This document shows positions 57,323-64,000 of a stretch of DNA of 64,000 nt, in pieces (positions within the stretch are counted from its first letter, which is position 1; every line of letters starts with the position of its first letter). The notes beneath the pieces were generated by a model that saw nothing but the letters and a program-made list of their open reading frames with translations, searched no databases and had not been told where the DNA came from. The stretch comes from Candidatus Eiseniibacteriota bacterium (GTDB lineage: Bacteria > Eisenbacteria > RBG-16-71-46 > CAVPCR01), in assembly GCA_963823555.1 (NCBI GenBank), contig CAWGMA010000003.1:352001-416000 (forward strand), in the 5' to 3' direction. The position numbers and the translations under genes are program-made.

Positions 57323-58850
57323 GGAAGTGGAAATCGCCTGATGGAGAAGCCGCGGGCGTGAAGCGCCGCCCGCCCCGACCGTGAGTCCGTCCGGTCCTCC
57401 ATCCGGCCCGGTCCCCGGTAGCGGGCAGGTTCGGCCTGCCGGTGAAGGGGACGGAGTCCGCCCGGGGAGCGAGCGCTGGTCGATCGGTGGAGGCGGGCGC
57501 CGCGAGGGCCACCTCGGCGGATGGACGCAGGCGAACGACGCCGGCCGAGGTTTCGCCGAGACGAACGCGCACCGGGTCCGCGAGGGGATCGATGAACACG
57601 CGCCACAACCAGGCGCCGCGACGGCTCGGGTGGTTCAGGCGACGCTCGGCTTCGGCGACGGGGATCCCGAGGAGGCTGAGGTAGGGGCCGAGCGCCTCGC
57701 GATCCGGGATCTCGAGGATCTCCTCGACCGTGATCATGAGTTCCGCGGTGAGCGGTGGCGCGCCCTGGGGAGCGGTTGCGGTGGGCATGAGCAGGAAGTG
57801 ACGGGCGACGGGCATCGGTCGGGGAGCCGTGGCGATGAGGCCGCCCTTCCTGAGGAGCAGCCCCTCGCCGCGCGCACGGAGGGCCGCAATCGCCTCGGGA
57901 ATCTCGCGTAAGGCGTAGGTGACAAGGAGTCTCGGGCCGACGGGCTGGCCGGAAGGAGCGAGCGTGGGCGGGCTCGATGCGGGAGGCAGCATCGTGAGCG
58001 GGCTCGTCGCGAGCTCCGCTTGCGGCTTCGCGAGGTGCGTGTAGCGCGTGGTGGTGTTGACGCTCGTGTGACCGAGCAGCGCCTGGATGACACGGAGATT
58101 GGTGCCGGCCTCGAGGAGGTGGGTGGCGAAGCTGTGACGGAGGGTGTGTGGCGTGGCCCGGCCTTCGAGCCTGGCCTTGACGACCGCCGTCGTGAACGCG
58201 CGCTGCGCCGCCCGCTCGGTCAGGTGGCCGCGACGATGCGGGCGATCCGCGCGTCGCGCTCCCAGGAACAGCCACTCGGAGCCCGGGCGCCCGGCGGAGA
58301 TCCTGTCGAGGAGGGGAAAGAGGCAGGCCGGGAGCAGCGAGAAGCGATCCTTCCTGCCCTTCCCCTGGCGGACTCGGATCTGGCCGCGATCGGTGCTGAG
58401 ATCCGCGATGCGAAGACGAACCGCCTCACCGATCCGAAGTCCCGAAGCGTACATGATGCCGAAGAAGAGGCGGTAACGTGGATCCTCGAATGCGGCGAGC
58501 AGTCGGAGCACTTCATCCCTGGAGAGCACGTGCGGGGCGACACGCTTCTCGCGCATCGGAGGCAGGCTCCCTCCCAGTTCGCGGTTGAGCACCGAGCGAT
58601 AGGCGAAGCGAACCGCGTTCCGGGCGAGCCGCATCTTGCTGGAGCCGTCCTCGCTGGTGTTGGCCACGGCCAGCAGGTAGTCGCGGATGTCGTCCTCCGT
58701 CACATCCTCGGGCGCCTTGCCAAGCGAGCCGAGAAAACGGCGCAGTGAGCCGAGATAGGTCTTGATGGTCTTCCTGCTGAAGCGACGGAGGAGCATCTCG
58801 TCGCGGACCGCATCGAGGAAGGGTTGGAGTTCGGTCCTGGGCGCTCGCAC
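57234..58850 (-). CDS. Integron-associated tyrosine recombinase (IntI-like, lacking IntI insertion) with C-terminal DUF1802-like extension
   Basis: N-terminal SAM-like R.FS.KTIKTY; YASGLR, KGRKDR, HTLRHSFATHLL, LGH..TTTRYTH; divergent from the cassette array. Confidence 0.88.
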   Translation of the reverse strand: MRAPRTELQPFLDAVRDEMLLRRFSRKTIKTYLGSLRRFLGSLGKAPEDVTEDDIRDYLLAVANTSEDGSSKMRLARNAVRFAYRSVLNRELGGSLPPMREKRVAPHVLSRDEVLRLLAAFEDPRYRLFFGIMYASGLRIGEAVRLRIADLSTDRGQIRVRQGKGRKDRFSLLPACLFPLLDRISAGRPGSEWLFLGARRADRPHRRGHLTERAAQRAFTTAVVKARLEGRATPHTLRHSFATHLLEAGTNLRVIQALLGHTSVNTTTRYTHLAKPQAELATSPLTMLPPASSPPTLAPSGQPVGPRLLVTYALREIPEAIAALRARGEGLLLRKGGLIATAPRPMPVARHFLLMPTATAPQGAPPLTAELMITVEEILEIPDREALGPYLSLLGIPVAEAERRLNHPSRRGAWLWRVFIDPLADPVRVRLGETSAGVVRLRPSAEVALAAPASTDRPALAPRADSVPFTGRPNLPATGDRAGWRTGRTHGRGGRRFTPAASPSGDFHFLRRPARPRRRESHRTDRSRSRPIARGSRH

Positions 58851-59010
58851 GTTGGAGGCGGCGGAGCAAGCGGCGTGCCGGAAGGTGGCCCTTCCCTCCA
58901 GGCGGGGGCTGGCTTGCGAGTGGCGGGGATGGGAGTATCCTTGATAGGGGCGATTGGTTCACGGCCGGTCTCCCAGGCAACGCTGTTGCCGGTTCTGCAA
59001 CCTCCGTTCG

Positions 59011-59024
59011 CGAACCATGGTTCG
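59011..59024. promoter_or_regulatory. Palindrome CGAACCATGGTTCG, candidate LexA (GAAC-N4-GTTC) operator upstream of the integrase
   Basis: Perfect 14-bp palindrome 160 bp upstream of the integrase GTG. Confidence 0.5.
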
Positions 59025-59175
59025 TAGAGCCCGTTTCGGCAGCCCCTGGCAAAAGCGAACCGGCCGAAGCTTAGTGATTGGTTCGGAAGCGGTTGAGAGG
59101 AGTGGGCCGGACCTGCAGCAGTGCCCCAACAGTCGGCCTGAATGCCCTTCCTCAACCGACCTTCGCCAATGGGCA

Positions 59176-59182
59176 GTTAAGC
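59176..59182 (+). other. attI-like core site G/TTAAGC (first cassette junction)
   Basis: Cassette A starts here as in the other copies, but the upstream sequence is not the attC right arm. Confidence 0.75.
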
Positions 59183-59660
59183 GCAGCTACGGGTCTTCGT
59201 TGAGCGCCGTGCCATTGGGGCTTGGGAGAGGTTCCGGGCGCAGCGACGGGAGCTTCGTTGTGGCAAGAGAAGGGTCCATGAGTCCCGTTGCGAGGCTTGA
59301 TCGGGAGCGCTGCGAACGATCGCTCGCCGTCTGAAGCTCGTGCCGCCCGGGCTTGAGGCACGCGTTTTGGGCGGAGAGTGCGCTGGTGTAGCCAGCTCCC
59401 GCCGCTCGTGCTTCGGCGAGGAAGAAGTGGGGAGAGGTGTAACGGTAGGGGCGGAGTTCAGGAGAGCCGAGATTTCTGGGAGTTGTCGGGAGAGGGCGTC
59501 GTCGCTGCGCCTAACGCGCGGCTAGGCGGCTCCGCTCGCTGCGCTCGCTTCGCGCAACCCGGCGCTTTCCGTCACGGCGCTTGCCGTGACGGGCGCGCTG
59601 GAGTCGACCTTGCTGCGGCAAGCGCCGCGCCGGGCGCCGGGTTCGCCAGCCGCGGTATCG
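59177..59660 (+). mobile_element. Cassette 1: gene-less cassette A (full) plus attC
   Basis: 333 bp from core G to GCCTAAC; near-identical to copies at 60995, 61488 and 63842. Confidence 0.85.
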
Positions 59661-59666
59661 TTAAGC
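59509..59666 (+). repeat. attC-like site 1 (158 bp)
   Basis: GCCTAAC...CGCCAGCCGCGGTATC-GTTAAGC imperfect palindrome. Confidence 0.85.
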
Positions 59667-60064
59667 GCAGCTACGGGAGTCCCGTTGCGAGGCTTGATCG
59701 GGAGCGCTGCGAACGACCGCTCGCCGTCTGAAGCTCGTGCCGCCCGGGCTTGAGGCACGCGTTTTGGGCGGAGAGTGCGCTGGTGTAGCCAGCTCCCGCC
59801 GCTCGTGCTTCGGCGAGGAAGAAGTGGGGAGAGGTGTAACGGTAGGGGCGGAGTTCAGGAGAGCCGAGATTTCTGGGAGTTGTCGGGAGAGGGCGTCGTC
59901 GCTGCGCCTAACGCGCGGCTAGGCGGCTCCGCTCACTCGCTGCGCTCGCATCGCTTCGCCCAACCCGGTCGTCCGTCACGGCGCTTGCGGCCGGGGCGGG
60001 GTTGAGGTTCACCTTGCTGCGGCAAGCGCCGCGCCGGGCGCCGGGTTCGCCAGCCGCGGTATCG
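59661..60064 (+). mobile_element. Cassette 2: cassette A with 87-bp internal deletion plus attC
   Basis: ctacggg joined directly to agtcccg. Confidence 0.85.
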
Positions 60065-60070
60065 TTTTGC
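59906..60070 (+). repeat. attC-like site 2 (165 bp)
   Basis: GCCTAAC...GGTATC-GTTTTGC. Confidence 0.85.
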
Positions 60071-60154
60071 GGCAAGCGAGAGCAGACCATTCGCGAACAC
60101 TAAGAAGCACTACCAGCCAGCAGCGCAGCCTGCTGGGACCAGGGAGCACAGTCT

Positions 60155-60819
60155 GTGAGTAACTTGCCCGCACGTCGCGTGGCATCCTTGCCAGCCGCGA
60201 TCCTGCTCGTTGCGGTTGCCGGCTCTGCCCCAGCGCAGGACATTGTCATTGAGGCCGAGTTCTACCCGACCTGGGCCTGCTTCCCGACCAATGGCGCAGA
60301 GTCTCACCGTCCGATTCTCTGGCATCCTCGCTTACATCCACCGACCCCTTGCCGAAGTGCTCGCAGCATTCCCTGATGAGTGGGAGCGGGAAACCACGCA
60401 TCCGTGTTGGTCTGGATGTTCGACCGCCCGGTTTGCGGCTTCGCTTCGCCAACAGCACCTCCATATATCCCCCTTACATTCCAGGATACGTCGAGCGTCT
60501 GACGTTCGAGCCGCAACCTCCGGTCACAGTCGATTCCGTTCATGTGAATTGGTACCCCTTGCCAGGACAGGAGTCCCCTCCTTTCACGTTCTTTCCACCT
60601 TCATGCATGTTCGTCCTCGACGCTGATTCACAAGTCCTAGTCAATGCCGACGCCGTCATCAACTTGGTCGGAGTATACGCCTCTCTTGGCGGATACCATT
60701 GCTGTTTGGGGCTCGGAGGTGGGAATCTCCTGACGTTGCTCTCCATGACGAAGGCGTCACCATGCCTAATCGCAGTCGAGGAAGCCACGTGGGGGGCAAT
60801 CAAGGCCACATGGAAATGA
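60155..60819 (+). pseudogene. Cassette 3 (B): secreted protein ending in TWGAIK motif, apparently frameshifted
   Basis: Signal peptide in the 60155 frame; C-terminus VEEATWGAIKATWK in the 60349-60819 frame; lower GC. Confidence 0.6.
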
Positions 60820-60840
60820 TGATGTTGCCATTCGCTTGCC

Positions 60841-61000
60841 GCATAACACGCGGCCTGGCGGCTCCGCTCGCTGCGCTCGCTCCGCTGCAACCCGGCGCCT
60901 TCCGTCACGGCGCTTGCCGTGACGGGCAGCGCTGGAGGTTCCTCTTGCTGCGGCAAGCGCCGTGCCGGCGCCGGGTTCGCCAGCCGCGGTATCGTTAAGC
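60841..61000 (+). repeat. attC-like site 3 (160 bp)
   Basis: GCATAAC...GGTATC-GTTAAGC. Confidence 0.85.
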
Positions 61001-61487
61001 GCAGCTACGGGTCTTCGTTGAGCGCCGTGCCATTGGGGCTTGGGAGAGGTTCCGGGCGCAGCGACGGGAGCTTCGTTGTGGCAAGAGAAGGGTCCATGAG
61101 TCCCGTTGCGAGGCTTGATCGGGAGCGCTGCGAACGATCGCTCGCCGTCTGAAGCTCGTGCCGCCCGGGCTTGAGGCACGCGTTTTGGGCGGAGAGTGCG
61201 CTGGTGTAGCCAGCTCCCGCCGCTCGTGCTTCGGCGAGGAAGAAGTGGGGAGAGGTGTAACGGTAGGGGCGGAGTACAGGAGAGCCGAGATTTCTGGGAG
61301 TTGTCGGGAGAGGGCGTCGTCGCTGCGCCTAACGCGCGGCTAGGCGGCTCCGCTCACTCGCTGCGCTCGCATCGCTTCGCCCAACCCGGTCGTCCGTCAC
61401 GGCGCTTGCGGCCGGAGGCGGGGTTGAGGTTCGACCTTTCTGCGGCAAGCGCCGCGCCGGGCGCCGGGTTCGCCAGCCGCGGTATCG
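60995..61487 (+). mobile_element. Cassette 4: gene-less cassette A (full) plus attC
   Basis: Near-identical to cassette 1 body. Confidence 0.85.
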
Positions 61488-61493
61488 TTAAGC
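61327..61493 (+). repeat. attC-like site 4 (167 bp)
   Basis: GCCTAAC...GGTATC-GTTAAGC. Confidence 0.85.
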
Positions 61494-61980
61494 GCAGCTA
61501 CGGGTCTTCGTTGAGCGCCGTGCCATTGGGGCTTGGGAGAGGTTCCGGGCGCAGCGACGGGAGCTTCGTTGTGGCAAGAGAAGGGTCCATGAGTCCCGTT
61601 GCGAGGCTTGATCGGGAGCGCTGCGAACGACCGCTCGCCGTCTGAAGCTCGTGCCGCCCGGGCTTGAGGCACGCGTTTTGGGCGGAGAGTGCGCTGGTGT
61701 AGCCAGCTCCCGCCGCTCGTGCTTCGGCGAGGAAGAAGTGGGGAGAGGTGTAACGGTAGGGGCGGAGTTCAGGAGAGCCGAGATTTCTGGGAGTTGTCGG
61801 GAGAGGGCGTCGTCGCTGCGCCTAACGCGCGGCTAGGCGGCTCCGCTCACTCGCTGCGCTCGCATCGCTTCGCCCAACCCGGTCGTCCGTCACGGCGCTT
61901 GCGGCCGGAGGCGGGGTTGAGGTTCGACCTTTCTGCGGCAAGCGCCGCGCCGGGCGCCGGGTTCGCCAGCCGCGGTATCG
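61488..61980 (+). mobile_element. Cassette 5: gene-less cassette A (full) plus attC
   Basis: Tandem copy of cassette 4. Confidence 0.85.
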
Positions 61981-61986
61981 TTATGT
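61820..61986 (+). repeat. attC-like site 5 (167 bp)
   Basis: GCCTAAC...GGTATC-GTTATGT. Confidence 0.85.
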
Positions 61987-62024
61987 GCCCTGCACACCTG
62001 ACCATTGGGAGAAAGGGACTCGAC

Positions 62025-62732
62025 ATGAGGCCTCGCGCTAGCGCGCTCATCATCTCTATTCCTCTGCTTGTCTCGTTGGCGCTCTTCGTTCCCTCCTGCG
62101 GGGACGATGATGGCCCCGCGGCTCCCGATCTCGCCAGCGCTTACCTCATTCAAGCAACCCTCGTGCTCAGCACGGAAACTGCCACCGTCGCCGTCTCCCG
62201 CCTCGATGCCAGCGACCCTTCGGCTGCCACTGCTGTAGTCCTGCTCGATGGTCACGGCATGCAGCACTCGGCAAACAACACACCAGACCAGGCAACCTTC
62301 CTGTCGCAGGTTCCCACGAATCCCGGCCACGCCTACGCCTTTTCCGTCACCGTCGACGGCGTCAGCGCCTCAGGCACCCTCGCTACTCCTGATCAGCCAT
62401 GCACGGTTGCCATCACGCAACCGCCGCCTGGGAATCTGACGTTCTCGTCGGGCACCGATCTCGCTCTTCAATGGGAATACGTCGGCTCCGAACCAGGGGA
62501 GTTTGGCGTCTTTGGATCGAGTGTCGCCTTTCCCCCTCGCGTCTTCTCAGATACTCTACAGGCGAGTGCACGGTCGGCCGTTGTCGAGACATCGCAGTGG
62601 TCGCTCGCATCCCAGGTGTTCCTGCGAGTCACGGCCCGGACACGAGCGGAGATCTCCGGAGACCTTGCTGCCCCAACAAGCTCATCATTTGTTGACTTCG
62701 CTACATCGGAGGTCATTCTCACCCGTAGGTAG
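62025..62732 (+). CDS. Cassette 6 (C): hypothetical lipoprotein (235 aa)
   Basis: AAAGGGA RBS; MRPRASALIISIPLLVSLALFVPS-C lipobox-like; stop ~20 bp before attC. Confidence 0.8.
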   Translation: MRPRASALIISIPLLVSLALFVPSCGDDDGPAAPDLASAYLIQATLVLSTETATVAVSRLDASDPSAATAVVLLDGHGMQHSANNTPDQATFLSQVPTNPGHAYAFSVTVDGVSASGTLATPDQPCTVAITQPPPGNLTFSSGTDLALQWEYVGSEPGEFGVFGSSVAFPPRVFSDTLQASARSAVVETSQWSLASQVFLRVTARTRAEISGDLAAPTSSSFVDFATSEVILTRR

Positions 62733-62754
62733 CAGGTCCCCGCGAGTGCAGGGC

Positions 62755-62915
62755 ACATAACACGCGGCCTGGCGGCTCCGCTCGCTGCGCTCGCGTCGCC
62801 CAACCCGGCGCTTTCCGTCACGGCGCTTGCCGTGACGGGGCCGCGCTGGAGGTCCACTTTGCTGCGGCAAGCGCCGTGCCGGGCGCCGGGTTCGCCAGCC
62901 GCGGTATCGTTTTGC
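62755..62915 (+). repeat. attC-like site 6 (161 bp)
   Basis: ACATAAC...GGTATC-GTTTTGC. Confidence 0.85.
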
Positions 62916-62984
62916 GACGGGCGCGTACGGACCTCCATCTTAGCGCATGCGGCTAACACTCCTGTCGCAAGGAGGTGAGATACC

Positions 62985-63659
62985 TTGATCTTTGGCAGTA
63001 ATCTTGGTCTTGCCGGCGTGGCGTTGCTGGCGCTTAGCCTCACCATGCGAGTTGCCGAGGCAGTTGACAACGAGCCACCCACCTGCGATCACGGCGGACC
63101 CTACGAGTGCATTCCCCAGCACGCTGTGGAGTTTGATGGCCGTGGATCCTACGACCCCGACGGTGTCATCGTGAGCTACGTCTGGTCGTTTGGTGATGGG
63201 CACACCGCCACCGGCGCGCTGGTCACGCACAGATACGAGGTCGTCGGCTCCTTCACCGTCGCGCTTCTCGTCACGGATAATGATGACAACTTCAGCGTCT
63301 GCGAGACCATTGCCCGCATCGTCGAACCGTGCCCTGGCAATTGCCCCCCGATCTGCGACGCTGGTGGCCCTTACCACGGCATAGCTGGTGTCCCGATTCA
63401 ATTCGATGGGTCGGGCTCGCTCCCCGTCATCGCTTGCATCCCGCTGGTCCAATTCGCATGGACATTTGGAGACGGGGCGACCGCCGTCGGCCCGCAACCG
63501 CTGCGCACTTACACGACGCCCGGCGACTTCAATATCACGCTCACGATCGTGGACTCTGACGGAGCCACCTCATCCTGTTCCTCCGTCGCAGTGGTTGCGG
63601 AACCCTCTGGAGTCGACCCCACCACATGGGGACGCATCAAGAACACAGTCCTGGAATGA
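62985..63659 (+). CDS. Cassette 7 (D): secreted tandem-PKD-domain protein ending in TWGRIK motif
   Basis: AAGGAGGT RBS, TTG start, signal peptide; two FDG.GS...W.FGDG PKD repeats; VDPTTWGRIKNTVLE. Confidence 0.85.
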   Translation: MIFGSNLGLAGVALLALSLTMRVAEAVDNEPPTCDHGGPYECIPQHAVEFDGRGSYDPDGVIVSYVWSFGDGHTATGALVTHRYEVVGSFTVALLVTDNDDNFSVCETIARIVEPCPGNCPPICDAGGPYHGIAGVPIQFDGSGSLPVIACIPLVQFAWTFGDGATAVGPQPLRTYTTPGDFNITLTIVDSDGATSSCSSVAVVAEPSGVDPTTWGRIKNTVLE

Positions 63660-63689
63660 CCTTCACGGCAGGACTCTCCCGTGTCCGTC

Positions 63690-63847
63690 GCAAAACACGC
63701 GGCCGGCGGCTCCGCTCGCTGCGCTCGCTTCGCCTAACCCGGCGCTTTCCGTCACGGCGCTTGCAGTGACGGGCCGCGCTGGAGTCCATCTTGCTGCGGC
63801 AAGCGCCGTGCCCGGCGCCGGGTTCGCCAGCCGCGGTATCGTTAAGC
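63690..63847 (+). repeat. attC-like site 7 (158 bp)
   Basis: GCAAAAC...GGTATC-GTTAAGC. Confidence 0.85.
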
Positions 63848-64000
63848 GCAGCTACGGGTCTTCGTTGAGCGCCGTGCCATTGGGGCTTGGGAGAGGTTCC
63901 GGGCGCAGCGACGGGAGCTTCGTTGTGGCAAGAGAAGGGTCCATGAGTCCCGTTGCGAGGCTTGATCGGGAGCGCTGCGAACGACCGCTCGCCGTCTGAA
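63842..64000 (+). mobile_element. Cassette 8: gene-less cassette A (truncated by window end)
   Basis: Matches the first ~160 bp of cassette A. Confidence 0.85.

Larger units (their letters stand above)
59177..64000 (+). mobile_element. Integron-like cassette array: A, A(del), B, A, A, C, D, A (continues past window end)
   Basis: Seven related attC-like sites with AAC...GTT ends separating unique and repeated units. Confidence 0.9.

Noticed and set aside
59356..59370. Sigma54-like AGGCACGCGTTTTGG in cassette A
   Set aside because: It has GG-N10-GG, not the required GG-N10-GC; too weak to call.
59340..62024. Short ORFs called in cassette A and across attC sites (e.g. MPPGLEARV..., MRWCSQL..., 5' part of 61689-62732)
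   Set aside because: They lack an RBS, run into or through the attC palindromes, and end differently between copies; cassette C more plausibly starts at ATG 62025.
59177..64000. Repeat array as CRISPR or simple tandem repeat
   Set aside because: Repeats are ~160-bp palindromes separated by 250-780-bp units including whole genes, no cas genes are present, and the junctions are AAC/GTT cores beside a tyrosine recombinase.

Overview
High-GC (~70% by eye) bacterial chromosome segment. FlgD-Ig C-termini and C-terminal 'TWGxIK' motifs suggest an FCB-associated lineage such as Eisenbacteria or Latescibacterota (inference only). Positions 1-57.3 kb are mostly housekeeping or accessory genes: hypFCDE; a minor-pilin operon (FimT/PilV/PilW/PilX-like) ending in a DUF2723 GT-C glycosyltransferase; DnaJ; cheA-cheW-MCP; secreted FlgD-domain proteins; adenosine deaminase; Mrp; M28 peptidase; resB-ccsA followed by an incomplete nuoBCDFGI cluster; radical SAM; a frameshifted FadF-like oxidoreductase; trxB; and an orphan NusG/UpxY paralogue. 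The most striking part is 57.2-64 kb, an integron-like system. A tyrosine recombinase that lacks the IntI-specific insertion and carries a C-terminal DUF1802-like extension is transcribed divergently from an attI-like GTTAAGC site. It is followed by at least 8 cassettes separated by 7 long (158-167 bp) attC-like sites of non-canonical geometry. Five cassettes are copies of one structured, apparently gene-less ~333-bp unit, and three encode secreted or lipoproteins. Each cassette body is bounded by its own extended (~12-17 bp) inverted repeat. All calls come from motif recognition by eye; no database searches were run.
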